This document shows, piece by piece, positions 26,909-35,757 of a stretch of 64,000 nt of DNA (the stretch's first letter is position 1; each line of letters opens with the position of its first letter). The stretch is from Gemmatimonadales bacterium. Its GTDB lineage: Bacteria > Gemmatimonadota > Gemmatimonadetes > Gemmatimonadales > GWC2-71-9. The position numbers and the translations under genes were made by a program. Location: contig JAXLXZ010000012.1 of assembly GCA_046327735.1 (NCBI GenBank), positions 68,102 through 132,101 on the forward strand. The letters are read 5' to 3'. Under the pieces are notes generated by a model that did not search any database, had not been told where the DNA came from, and worked only from the letters and a program-made list of their open reading frames with translations.

Positions 26909-27910
26909 GTGCCGCACCTGCCGCTGGGCCGGTTCCCCTCGCCGGTCGAGCACCACCCCGGCCTGGCCCGGGAGCTCGGGCTCAGGGAACTGACGGTCAA
27001 GCGCGACGACCGGAACGCCGAACCGCTGGGGGGGAACAAGATCCGCGCGCTCGAGTTTCTGCTCGCCGGGGAGCCCCGCCAGCTCGTGACCATGGGTGGC
27101 TACGGCTCGACCTGGGCCGCTGCCCTGGCGCAGCGGGGCGCCGCGGCCGGCCATGGCGTGCACCTCGCCCTCTTCCCTCAGCCCTGGTCCGCCGCGGTCG
27201 CCGGCTCGCTGTCGACGGCGCTCCGCCACGGGACCGTGTACGCCGCCCCCTCCCGCCTCCGGTTCCCGCTGGCCCTGCTGCGGGCGTGGCGCGGCGCCGC
27301 CCGCTCCGGGTCGGTTCGCTGGCTTGCGCCGGGAGGGGCCGAGCCGCTCGGGGTGCTCGGGAGTATCAACGCCGCGCTGGAATTCGCCGCCCAGGTCGCT
27401 CGCGGCGAGACCACCTCGCCGGGCGCGGTCGTCACTCCCCTCGGCTCCGGCGGGACCGCGGCAGGATTGCTCATCGGGGCCTGGATCTCGGGGCTCGAGT
27501 ACACCGTGGCGGCGGTGCGCGTCACCGATGCCTGGTTCGCCAACCACCTCAACGTGATGCGCCTGGTGCGGCGCACCCTCGCCCTCCTCCGGCAGCGGGG
27601 ACTCGTCGTGGTCCCCGGGCGGGCCCGGCTCGTGGTGGTGAAGGACCAGCTGGGCCCGGGGTATGGCCGGAGCACCGCGATGAGCCGGGCCGCGACGGCG
27701 GCGGCGGGGAGCGCCGGGCTTGTGCTGGAGGAGACCTACGGGGCAAAGGCGTTTGCGGCCCTCAGTGCCCTGGCCCCTTCCTTTCCGCACCTGACCTTCT
27801 GGCATACCTTTGACGCGCGGCTCATCGCAGCCCCGCCATCGGATCATCCCATCCTGCGCGACGCTCGCCTGCACGCGGAGTTGCTGTGGCCCCTCCCGAC
27901 ATCGACCTGA
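26909..27910 (+). CDS. PLP-dependent D-cysteine desulfhydrase / ACC deaminase family enzyme
   Basis: LTVKRDDRNAEPLGGNKIRALEFLLA contains the PLP-Lys motif, and there is a GSGGTAAGL glycine loop. The start is uncertain: the ORF is open from 26738, but homology seems to begin near LLERLPRP (about 26885), where no canonical start exists. GTG 26909 was used. Confidence 0.75.
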   Translation: MPHLPLGRFPSPVEHHPGLARELGLRELTVKRDDRNAEPLGGNKIRALEFLLAGEPRQLVTMGGYGSTWAAALAQRGAAAGHGVHLALFPQPWSAAVAGSLSTALRHGTVYAAPSRLRFPLALLRAWRGAARSGSVRWLAPGGAEPLGVLGSINAALEFAAQVARGETTSPGAVVTPLGSGGTAAGLLIGAWISGLEYTVAAVRVTDAWFANHLNVMRLVRRTLALLRQRGLVVVPGRARLVVVKDQLGPGYGRSTAMSRAATAAAGSAGLVLEETYGAKAFAALSALAPSFPHLTFWHTFDARLIAAPPSDHPILRDARLHAELLWPLPTST

Positions 27911-29097
27911 CTGTCTACCCCGACGAGTGCGACGCGTACGGCCACCTGAACCAGGCCTCGTTCGCCGCCCTCTTCGAGCGCGCCCGGTGGGAGGTTCTCG
28001 CGCGCGGTCCGGGGATGGACTTCTTCACCCGGCTCGGCCTCTGGCCGGTGGTGCGGAAGTCGATGGTGGAATACCACGCCCCCGCCTTTCCCGGCGATGT
28101 CCTTCGCTTCGGGCAGCTCCTCGTCCACCTGGGCCGGACCAGCTTCACCCTGCGCCAGACCGCACGCCGGGTGCGGGACGATGTTCTCGTGGCCACCGCC
28201 GAGATCGTGTTCGTCTGCATCAACCCGCAGGGTGCCCCGGTCCCCGTTCCCGAGGCACTGCCGCAGGTCTTTGCCGACCGGCCGCTCCCGGGCAATCTCC
28301 GCCGGGTCGCGGTCAACGGCGTGAACCTGGCCGTCGACGTGCGCGGCCAGGGTCCCGCGATCCTCTTCATCCACGGCTTCCCGCTGGACCACTCCACCTG
28401 GGAGTACCCGGTGGCGAAGCTCGAGGGCTGGATGCGGATCGCGCCCGACCTGCGCGGCATGGGGCAGTCGGATGCGCCCGACCTCGGCTATTCGATGTCG
28501 ACCTACGCGCAGGACCTGCTCGCCCTGCTCACGGCGCTGGGCGTCGACCAGGCGGTGGTCTGCGGGCACTCGATGGGTGGATACATCGCCTTCGAAATGG
28601 CCCGGCTTGCGCGCGACCGGATCCGGGGGCTGGTGCTGGTGGGGACCCGTGCCGAGGCCGATACCCCGGAGATCCGCAAAGCCCGGGACGCCTCCGCCGC
28701 GCTGGCCCGCGAGAAGGGTGCGGAAGCCATCGCCGACGCCATGCTCGGCCGCATGATCTCCTCCCAGAACCGGGAGCTCAACGGACTGGCGGAGCGGCTC
28801 CGGCGCATCATGGGCGCCACGCCCGTCGCGGGGATGCTGGGGGCGATCGGCGCCATGCGCGACCGGCCCGACAGCTTCGCGCTCCTCAAGTCGCTCACCG
28901 ACCTTCCGCTCCAGATCCTGGTCGGCGACGAGGACGAGATGATCCCCGTCCCCCGCTCCCAGGCGATGCTCGAGGCCGCGCCGCACGCGACGCTCTCGAT
29001 CGTGTCCGGCGCGGGTCATGTTCCGGCGATGGAACGGCCCGAAATCACGACCGCCCTGCTGTCCCGCTTCCTCGCCACCTTCCCCCGACTCGGATAG
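27886..29097 (+). CDS. Fusion protein: hotdog-fold acyl-CoA thioesterase (YbgC/4HBT-like) N-terminal domain plus alpha/beta hydrolase C-terminal domain
   Basis: The N-terminal ~130 aa are VYPDECDAYGHLNQASFAALFERARWE...RTSFTL (4HBT-like). Next come NGVNLAVDVRGQGPAILFIHGFP, GHSMGG and a late GAGHVPAMERPE (alpha/beta hydrolase). The GTG start lies inside the end of the upstream gene. Confidence 0.82.
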   Translation: MAPPDIDLTVYPDECDAYGHLNQASFAALFERARWEVLARGPGMDFFTRLGLWPVVRKSMVEYHAPAFPGDVLRFGQLLVHLGRTSFTLRQTARRVRDDVLVATAEIVFVCINPQGAPVPVPEALPQVFADRPLPGNLRRVAVNGVNLAVDVRGQGPAILFIHGFPLDHSTWEYPVAKLEGWMRIAPDLRGMGQSDAPDLGYSMSTYAQDLLALLTALGVDQAVVCGHSMGGYIAFEMARLARDRIRGLVLVGTRAEADTPEIRKARDASAALAREKGAEAIADAMLGRMISSQNRELNGLAERLRRIMGATPVAGMLGAIGAMRDRPDSFALLKSLTDLPLQILVGDEDEMIPVPRSQAMLEAAPHATLSIVSGAGHVPAMERPEITTALLSRFLATFPRLG

Positions 29098-29300
29098 CTG
29101 CAACCTTTTCGGTCCCGCCTGCGTCTATCATGGTGACGGTGGACGCAAGCTGCCGCCGTTGCAGTTCGAAGTATCCTTCCCTCCACGCCCCGGGGCCGCG
29201 GCCAGGCAGTACGGCTCCCGGGGCGTCTCTCCTTTCTGGAACAGCCATCGACCGGACCTGTCAGGCGGCAGGCGCCGGCTATCAATGCTGGCAACGCGAC

Positions 29301-29328
29301 GGCCCCCCGCGCCGGAGCGCGGGGGGCC
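29301..29328. terminator. GC-rich hairpin downstream of the ferredoxin gene (candidate intrinsic terminator)
   Basis: ggccccccgcg (29301-29311), loop ccggag, then cgcggggggcc (29318-29328), giving an 11-bp perfect stem 27 nt past the fdx stop. There is no clear U-tract. Confidence 0.5.
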
Positions 29329-29354
29329 GGGAGACATCCTGCCGGCAGCCAGCG

Positions 29355-29618
29355 TTACTTCTTGGGGCGGCCGGGCGGGGTGTCGCTGCCGAAGACGTCC
29401 TTGTTCTTGGCGATGAACGCCTGCTGGTTGGCCGGCACGTCCTCTTCCGGGAAGATCGCGTTGACCGGGCACTCCGGCTCGCAGGCACCGCAGTCGATGC
29501 ACTCGTCCGGGTGAATGTAGAGCTGGTCCTCACCCTCGTAGATGCAGTCTACCGGGCAGACGTCTACGCAGGCGCGATCTTTCACGCCGATGCAGGCTTC
29601 GACGATCACGTAGGCCAT
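29355..29618 (-). CDS. fdxA: 7Fe-type ferredoxin (3Fe-4S plus 4Fe-4S)
   Basis: [55 protein letters not shown] matches the FdxA CxxxxxxC...CP and CxxCxxCxxxCP pattern. The internal ATG at 29618 was chosen. Confidence 0.92.
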   Translation of the reverse strand: MAYVIVEACIGVKDRACVDVCPVDCIYEGEDQLYIHPDECIDCGACEPECPVNAIFPEEDVPANQQAFIAKNKDVFGSDTPPGRPKK

Positions 29619-29736
29619 GACTGGCGAACTCCTCTGGGCAGCTGGGACACGAGCGGACACGTTTCGCTCGCAAACTTGGCCAAGTATGCCGCAGTGCTCC
29701 AGCCCGGCGCAAGGGGCACAATTATCTTCTTCCGCC

Positions 29737-31821
29737 ATGCGAGTGATGCGGCTGAAACGCTTCCCGCTTCTTCATTTCTTCATTTTCCTGTTCACACTTG
29801 CCGCGCCCGTCACGCCACTGCGGGCTCAGGCCAGCTGTGAGGGTCCGCTGGCGCTGGTGCTCTCCGGCGGCGGCGCCAAGGGCCTGGCCCATCTCGGGGT
29901 GCTCCAGGTGCTCGACAGCCTCGGCATCCGCCCCGACCTGGTGGTCGGCACCAGCATGGGCTCGATCGTCGGCGCGATGTACGCCAGCGGCTATTCCCCC
30001 TCCCAGATCGCCGAGCAGGCGGCGGACCTCCGGCTTGCCGACCTCTTCAGCCGGCGGCTGAGCACCCCGCACTCCCTCGGGCAGCGCCGGCCGCTGGTGG
30101 TGTGGGAGCGGGGTGCGGGCGGGGTGCGCACTGCCGAATCGGGACCCCGGGAGGCCGGTGTCAACGGCGCCCTCGACCGGGTGCTGCTGCGGGGGAATCT
30201 CCAGGCCCGGGGCAACTTCGATTCCCTTCCCATCCCCTTCCGCGCGGTGGCCACCGACATCCGCACCCGTTCGGTCGTGGTCCTCAGCGGCGGGGACCTG
30301 GCACAGGCGGTCCGGGCATCGATGGCGATTCCCCTGGTGTTCGATCCCGAGCGGATCGAGGGACGCGACCTGGTCGACGGCGGCCTCGCTTCCAACGTGC
30401 CGATCGCGACGGCGCGACGGGCCGGGGCGACGCGGGTCATCGTCTCCGACGTGGGGTGGCGTCCCCCCGACTCGGTCCGGACCACCAATCCGCTCGCCAT
30501 CGCGGACCTGCTGATCGCCTATCTCTTCAGCCAGCCGCTCGACTCGCTGGGGCCGGAGGATCGCATCGTCCGGCCGGCGATCGACTCGTTCAATGCGCTC
30601 GACTTCACCCCGGAGCGCATGCAGGAGCTGATCGACCGCGGGTATCGCGCGGCGCGGGAAGCCTTCGAGGCGCAGCCACCGGCGTGCGCGGGCCGCCCCG
30701 TCCCGCCGCCGCCCGACCGCAGGATTCCCGACTACCGGGTCGCCACAGTCCGTGTCGAAGGGGTGGGACCCGGCGATCAGCTCCTGATCCGCCGCGCCCT
30801 CGGCCTGGACAATGACGGCAACCTCGATGTCTCGCTGTTGCGGGACCGGCTCCGCACCATGGGCGAGAACGCCGACTACCGCGCCATCTGGCTCCGGCCC
30901 TCCGGTCCTCCCGACTCCCTCTCCCTTTCGCTGCTTGCGCGTGCCGCGCCGTCGCGCATGGCCGCCGCCGGCCTCGCCTACGACAATGACCTCGGCGGGC
31001 AGATGTGGCTCGGGGGTATCGATCGCGGCACCGTCTTCTCGGGCCTGGAGGCATCCGCCACGCTCTCCCTCGCCGAACTGCGCCAGGAAGTGGCGATCGG
31101 GTTCCGCCGCGAGGTGCTCGGACCGTTCATCCGCCGGCCGTTCCTGAACGCGTTCGCGGCGCGCGAATCGGTACGGCGCTTCGACACGAATGGTGATCCG
31201 AGCGGTTCGGAGCGGACCAGGGAGGCTCGTGCCGTGATCGGGCTGGAGCGCCGCCTCGGCCGGGAGTGGCGCCTGTCGGGTGGCGGACTGGCGCACGCGT
31301 GGGACGCGCCCGGCGCCAACCGCACCAACGGTCTCGGCGGGTTTGTCGCCCTGTCGAGCGGTCCGCAGTACCGCAACAGCGGGCTCTGGGGCGAGGCGGC
31401 CTTCACCACCGCCTACACCCGCGTTGCCGTCGAGGCCAGGAAGGCGGTGCCTCTCGCCGGCTTCCGCATCACGCCCGGCCTCCGCTTCGGCTACGGGAGA
31501 CACCTGCCGCTGATGTCGACTTTCATGCTGGGCGGTTCGGAAGGCTTCCCCGGCCTCAACATCGGCGAGTTCCGGGGCGACCGCGAACTGCACGCGAGCG
31601 TGACGGTGGCCCACACCCTCCTGGGTCCCGTCGAGGCCCGCTTCACCGCGGCCAGCGGGAAGACCGCGGTGGGTGGCCCCACCTTTCCCGCCGGCCGCTG
31701 GCAGGCGGGCGGACGGTTCGGGCTCGCGGCCGAAACGCCGATCGGTCCGATCCGCGTGGAATACGGGGTGGCCCACCCCGATCGCAACGGCTTCTTCGTC
31801 CGGCTGGGCGACTGGTTCTGA
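29737..31821 (+). CDS. Patatin-like phospholipase fused to POTRA/Omp85 beta-barrel (PlpD-like, type Vd secretion architecture)
   Basis: Signal peptide [32 protein letters not shown]. Patatin motifs: GGGAKG oxyanion, GTSMGS (GxSxG) and DGGLASNVP (catalytic Asp). The C-terminal ~300 aa are Gly/aromatic beta-strand rich and end in a terminal Phe (RLGDWF), which is an OMP beta-signal. Confidence 0.85.
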   Translation: MRVMRLKRFPLLHFFIFLFTLAAPVTPLRAQASCEGPLALVLSGGGAKGLAHLGVLQVLDSLGIRPDLVVGTSMGSIVGAMYASGYSPSQIAEQAADLRLADLFSRRLSTPHSLGQRRPLVVWERGAGGVRTAESGPREAGVNGALDRVLLRGNLQARGNFDSLPIPFRAVATDIRTRSVVVLSGGDLAQAVRASMAIPLVFDPERIEGRDLVDGGLASNVPIATARRAGATRVIVSDVGWRPPDSVRTTNPLAIADLLIAYLFSQPLDSLGPEDRIVRPAIDSFNALDFTPERMQELIDRGYRAAREAFEAQPPACAGRPVPPPPDRRIPDYRVATVRVEGVGPGDQLLIRRALGLDNDGNLDVSLLRDRLRTMGENADYRAIWLRPSGPPDSLSLSLLARAAPSRMAAAGLAYDNDLGGQMWLGGIDRGTVFSGLEASATLSLAELRQEVAIGFRREVLGPFIRRPFLNAFAARESVRRFDTNGDPSGSERTREARAVIGLERRLGREWRLSGGGLAHAWDAPGANRTNGLGGFVALSSGPQYRNSGLWGEAAFTTAYTRVAVEARKAVPLAGFRITPGLRFGYGRHLPLMSTFMLGGSEGFPGLNIGEFRGDRELHASVTVAHTLLGPVEARFTAASGKTAVGGPTFPAGRWQAGGRFGLAAETPIGPIRVEYGVAHPDRNGFFVRLGDWF

Positions 31822-31827
31822 AAACGC

Positions 31828-31857
31828 GAGCGGGGCGGCCATCTGGCCGCCCCGCTC
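31828..31857. terminator. Bidirectional hairpin terminator between convergent genes
   Basis: gagcggggcggcc (31828-31840), loop atct, then ggccgccccgctc (31845-31857), giving a 13-bp perfect stem. It is preceded by aaaa on the plus strand. Confidence 0.65.
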
Positions 31858-31875
31858 ACCTGCTGCCCCCGCTGG

Positions 31876-32430
31876 TCAGTCTTTCACGCTCAGCAGGTTC
31901 TTCTTGAAGCCCTCGCCGGGCCCGGGCTTCGGCCCGATCCAGCAGCGAAGCAGCGCCGCCGCAAAGTCTCTCCCGCCGACCACGCCCTTCTCGTGTCCCG
32001 CGACGGTCACCGTCGTACCGCTCCCCGGCACGTAGGTGAACAGCATCTCCTCGCCATCCTTGATGTCCTGCATCAGTCCGCACAGGTCCGCGAACTCCTT
32101 CTTCAGGTCCTCCGACGGGTTGGGGGTGTTGTCCTTGAGGCCGTCGGTCCAGGCTTCGCAGATCTTGTCCTTCCCCACGTTGCGCACGAAGTGCATCAGC
32201 ATCCGGCGGGGTTCATCCTCCGCCAGGATCGCATCGGCGCTCTGGGACTTGGTGGCCACGTAGAGGGCGGCCACGTAGACCTTGAAGATGGCCTTCTTGC
32301 GAAGCGCGGCGCCGTTGAGTGTCAGGGTCTTGCCGGCGACCTCGATGTTCACCGGGAGCACCACACCGTTCACGGTGCGGGAGCTGTCGACCGGGGCCGC
32401 GGCCAGGAGCAGCGAAAGCGCGAGCAGCAT
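31876..32430 (-). CDS. Chalcone isomerase-like family protein (secreted)
   Basis: Signal-like MLLALSLLLAAAP, and GKTLTLNGAALRKKAIFKVYVAALYV is the typical Chalcone_3-type motif. Confidence 0.75.
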   Translation of the reverse strand: MLLALSLLLAAAPVDSSRTVNGVVLPVNIEVAGKTLTLNGAALRKKAIFKVYVAALYVATKSQSADAILAEDEPRRMLMHFVRNVGKDKICEAWTDGLKDNTPNPSEDLKKEFADLCGLMQDIKDGEEMLFTYVPGSGTTVTVAGHEKGVVGGRDFAAALLRCWIGPKPGPGEGFKKNLLSVKD

Positions 32431-32501
32431 GACGGCTTACCTCGAAAGAATGGGTGGAGGAACGAGCGCCAAGTTGTCGCTTCGCTCCGGAGTTCGCAAC
32501 C

Positions 32502-33101
32502 TCAGCGGGGCGGCCCGATCAGGAGGACCGCACCCGGCGTGAGCTTCATTTTTCCGTCCGCCGGGATCTGGATGAAGAGATCCCGGCCGGTCTCGGTAAG
32601 CGCGGGGTAGTCCCGCCCGACACTGCGCATCGCCGGGCCCAACACCGACTCCGGGATCGGGATGCCCTGCACCGTCGCTCCGTCGAGGTGAAAGCGGACC
32701 GCCCGCCCACCCGCCGGCAGCAGGGTCACGCGGGCCTCGAGCCGGGTGCTGGGTGGCAGGATCATCACCAGCTGGGCCAGCGCACGGCGCGCCTCGGCCG
32801 AGAGGTCCGCGATGGTCCCGCCGATCCGGATCGCCGAGGAATCGACCAGCACCCGGAACCCGAAATCGTCGGGGAGCGATGGAATGCCGAGACGGGCCAT
32901 CAGGTAGGCGGTGAAATCGCCTCCCTGGACCTGGCCCCGGGGCACCAGCCGGTCGACATACACCGAGTCCACAATTCCGGACGCGCGCTGGACACCCTCC
33001 GGGGCGATCCGCTGCCAGCCGGCGTCCATTTGTGCCTCGAGTCTGGCCCCGGCCAGGCACAGAATGGCCATACCGGTGGCAATCAGGCCGCTTTTGAGCA
33101 T
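32502..33101 (-). CDS. Hypothetical secreted protein (199 aa)
   Basis: Only the 3' third of the 501-aa ORF looks real. It has an ATG at 33101, signal peptide MLKSGLIATGMAILCLAGARLEAQ and balanced composition afterwards. No family recognised. Confidence 0.6.
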   Translation of the reverse strand: MLKSGLIATGMAILCLAGARLEAQMDAGWQRIAPEGVQRASGIVDSVYVDRLVPRGQVQGGDFTAYLMARLGIPSLPDDFGFRVLVDSSAIRIGGTIADLSAEARRALAQLVMILPPSTRLEARVTLLPAGGRAVRFHLDGATVQGIPIPESVLGPAMRSVGRDYPALTETGRDLFIQIPADGKMKLTPGAVLLIGPPR

Positions 33102-33174
33102 TTTTCTCCCGTCTCCGCGAACAGACCCCGCCAGGACCCGTACCGTTCCCCTCGACACCGAGGGGGGAGGATGC

Positions 33175-33378
33175 ATGGAGTGGACCATCGTCGGGACCAA
33201 TGTGCTGTATGCCGTGGTCGGCGTGATTCTCATGTGGGTGGCATACCGGCTCATCGACAAGCTCACCCCCGAGGTCAACTTCGGGGAGGAGCTTCGGAAG
33301 GGCAACATCGCGGTCGCGATCTTCATCGCCGCGCTCTTCCTGGCGATCGCGATGATCATCGCCGGCGCGCTCAATTGA
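33175..33378 (+). CDS. DUF350 family small membrane protein
   Basis: MEWTIVGTNVLYAVVGVILMWVAYRLIDKLTPEVNFGEELRKGNIAVAIFIAALFLAIAMIIAGA has two TM segments and the DUF350-like KxTP...E..xGNxAxA motif. Confidence 0.8.
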   Translation: MEWTIVGTNVLYAVVGVILMWVAYRLIDKLTPEVNFGEELRKGNIAVAIFIAALFLAIAMIIAGALN

Positions 33379-33995
33379 GCCGCCGCTGGGCCCGCCGGCT
33401 CGCGGCCGGGCTCCTGCTGGTGCTGGTGGCCGCGACGGAGCTCGCGGCGCAGCGGCACCTGGACCGCTACGACGACACCTTCCGCAAGTACAGCAAGCGG
33501 TTCTTTGGCGTCGGTTTCGACTGGCGGCTGTTCAAGGCGCAGGGCCTCACCGAGAGCAACCTCGACCCCGCCGCCACCAGCTGGGCCGGCGCGCGCGGGC
33601 TGATGCAGCTCATGCCCTCGACCTTCCTCGCCATCCAGACCCGGAACCCGCAGTTCCTCTCCATCGACGACGACGAGTGGAATATCGCCGCCGGCGTCTA
33701 CCACGACCGTGAGCTGTGGCGCATGTGGCGGGACGACTCCGTGGACGCCGCCGATCACCACCGGTTCATGTTCGCGAGCTACAACGCCGGGCGGGTGACC
33801 ATCCTGCGGGCGCAAGGCGTTGCCCGGGCCCGGGCCCTCGACCCGAGACTCTGGGCCAGCATCGAGCAGGTGGCCCCGTCGGTGCGCCGCTGGCGGCAGG
33901 CCGAGACGCTCGTCTATGTCCGGAAGATCAGCGCCAACATTGACCGGATGGACGCCCGGGGGAGGGTCGTACGGCCGCTGGTGCTCGCGCCCTGA
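33375..33995 (+). CDS. Lytic transglycosylase (SLT domain)
   Basis: AQGLTESNLDPAATSWAGARGLMQLMPSTF (catalytic Glu-Ser, then GLMQ), AGVYHDRELW and SYNAG. The TTG start at 33375 overlaps the DUF350 stop. It has a signal-like RRLAAGLLLVLVAATELAAQ. Confidence 0.85.
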   Translation: MSRRWARRLAAGLLLVLVAATELAAQRHLDRYDDTFRKYSKRFFGVGFDWRLFKAQGLTESNLDPAATSWAGARGLMQLMPSTFLAIQTRNPQFLSIDDDEWNIAAGVYHDRELWRMWRDDSVDAADHHRFMFASYNAGRVTILRAQGVARARALDPRLWASIEQVAPSVRRWRQAETLVYVRKISANIDRMDARGRVVRPLVLAP

Positions 33996-34009
33996 CAAAC
34001 CCGCCACCC

Positions 34010-35668
34010 ATGGGTATGGTTCGGGACATGCCCCCCGCCACCCGGCGCTGGTTCCCTCTCCTCGTCGTTCTCGCGGCGCTCGCCGCCTCCGTCACCAGCC
34101 TGGGCAATCGGTTCGCGCTCGATGACCTGCCCATCGTTCTCCAGAACGGCCGAGTCCACTCGCTCTCCACGCCATGGGCCTGGCTGGTGCAGACCTACTG
34201 GCCTCCCGAACACGGCGCGGCGCTCTATCGCCCGCTGGTGATCTTCGGATTTGCGCTCCAGTGGATCACGGGACAGGGAAGCCCCCTCGTCTTTCACCTC
34301 GTCAGCGTCCTGCTCTATGCCGCCGCGAGCCTCGCGGTCTTCTGGCTGGCCCGGCAGCTCCTCCCCGACGGCGCGGCGCTGATCGCGGGACTCTACTTCG
34401 CGGTGCAGCCGGTGCACGTCGAGGCCGTCGGCAATGTCGTGGGGCAGTCGGAACTGATCGTGGGCCTGCTGCTCGCGCTGGGCGTGGGCGTCTATGTGCG
34501 CGAGCGTGGGGCCGGGGCGGTGACGGTACGGGCGGGCGTGGCCCTCACGGGCCTCTACCTGCTCGCGCTCATGGCCAAGGAACACGCGCTCGTCTTCCCC
34601 GCCCTGCTCGTGCTCGCCGAGCTGCTGCTGGTGGAACACGCCGTGGACCTGCGCACCCGGTTCGAGAAGCTGATTCCCCTCTACCTGGCCCTGGGCACCG
34701 TCGCCATCTCGTTCTGGACCGTGCGAACGATGGTCACGGGTGGTACGGTCGGGCGCGACTGGCACCCCGCCTTCCGCACCGGTGGTTTCGCCCTCCGGCT
34801 GTGGACTTCGCTGGGCGTGATGCCTGAGTACGTCCGGCTGCTGCTCTTTCCCGCGCACCTCAGCGCCGACTACAACCCCCAGGCGATCCCGGTTGCCACC
34901 TCCGCCGGCCCGCGTCAGCTGCTCGGTATCGGTGTCCTCCTCCTGCTCGCGGTGGTTGTCGCCTGGGCCTGGCGCCGGCGGCCGCTCGTCGCGTTCGGGG
35001 TGCTCTGGTGTGCCCTGGCCCTCTTCCCGGTCAGCAATCTGCTCCTCCCTACCGGGATCCTCCTCGCCGAGCGGACGCTCTTCCTGCCCAGTATCGGGGT
35101 GGCCCTCGCGCTCGGTGGCGCGGCCACGCTGCTGCTGCCCCGATGGGATGGCTGGGCACCGGCCACGCGTCGGCTCATCGTCGTCGCGCTCGGAGTGCTG
35201 GCGCTCGCCGGGGTGGCTCGGAGTGCGATCCGGCAACCGGTCTGGAAGGACAACGCGACGCTCTTCGAACAGACCGCGCTCGATGCCCCGACCAGCTATC
35301 GCGCCCGGGCGGCGCGGGCGGTGCTGTGGATCGAGAATGGGCGCGAGGCCGAGGGTGAGCAGGAGTATCGGGCCGCGCTGGACCTGTACCGCGACGACCC
35401 GAACCTGTTCGCCGATTTCGGCAACTACTACGTCCGCAAGGCGCGCTATGCCGAAGCGCTGGTCCTCTATCAGCGGGTGCTCGAGCTGGTGCCGGATCAC
35501 TGGAGCGCGACCAGCCGGAGCATTCTCTGCCTGATCCAGCTCGGTCGGCTGGACGAGGCGCGCCGTCTGGCCCAGGTCGCCACCCATCGGGGCGATGAGG
35601 GCGCCGCCGCCAAGCTGGCGTTCGTCGACAGTCTCCTCGCCCACCGCCCCGACTCCACCAGGCACTGA
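34010..35668 (+). CDS. Polytopic membrane protein with C-terminal TPR repeats (TMTC/DUF1736-like GT-C glycosyltransferase candidate)
   Basis: About 10 TM helices. It has an N-terminal NRFALDD motif, a PVHVEAVGNVVGQSEL (DUF1736-like) motif and a C-terminal TPR region (YRDDPNLFADFGNYYVRKARYAEALVLYQRVLEL). Confidence 0.75.
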   Translation: MGMVRDMPPATRRWFPLLVVLAALAASVTSLGNRFALDDLPIVLQNGRVHSLSTPWAWLVQTYWPPEHGAALYRPLVIFGFALQWITGQGSPLVFHLVSVLLYAAASLAVFWLARQLLPDGAALIAGLYFAVQPVHVEAVGNVVGQSELIVGLLLALGVGVYVRERGAGAVTVRAGVALTGLYLLALMAKEHALVFPALLVLAELLLVEHAVDLRTRFEKLIPLYLALGTVAISFWTVRTMVTGGTVGRDWHPAFRTGGFALRLWTSLGVMPEYVRLLLFPAHLSADYNPQAIPVATSAGPRQLLGIGVLLLLAVVVAWAWRRRPLVAFGVLWCALALFPVSNLLLPTGILLAERTLFLPSIGVALALGGAATLLLPRWDGWAPATRRLIVVALGVLALAGVARSAIRQPVWKDNATLFEQTALDAPTSYRARAARAVLWIENGREAEGEQEYRAALDLYRDDPNLFADFGNYYVRKARYAEALVLYQRVLELVPDHWSATSRSILCLIQLGRLDEARRLAQVATHRGDEGAAAKLAFVDSLLAHRPDSTRH

Positions 35669-35690
35669 GTCTCTCCGCAGCGCCCTCAAC

Positions 35691-35746
35691 TTGACCGTGA
35701 AACCCCTCTCCACGATATATCGTACGCAATTACGGACGATATATCG
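35691..35746 (+). promoter_or_regulatory. Putative padR promoter with two copies of the palindrome CGATATATCG
   Basis: TTGACC (35691-35696). acgatatatcgt (35712-35723) overlaps the -10 position, and a second copy acgatatatcg (35736-35746) lies 24 nt downstream, just before the ggagg RBS. Confidence 0.55.
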
Positions 35747-35757
35747 GAGGCATCACA

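Noticed and set aside
29098-29300. 200-nt non-coding stretch between the thioesterase-hydrolase gene and the ferredoxin terminator, considered as an sRNA or riboswitch
   Set aside because: It is GC-rich with some local hairpins, but I could recognise no conserved riboswitch core motifs, no promoter, and no clear terminator with a U-tract on the plus strand.
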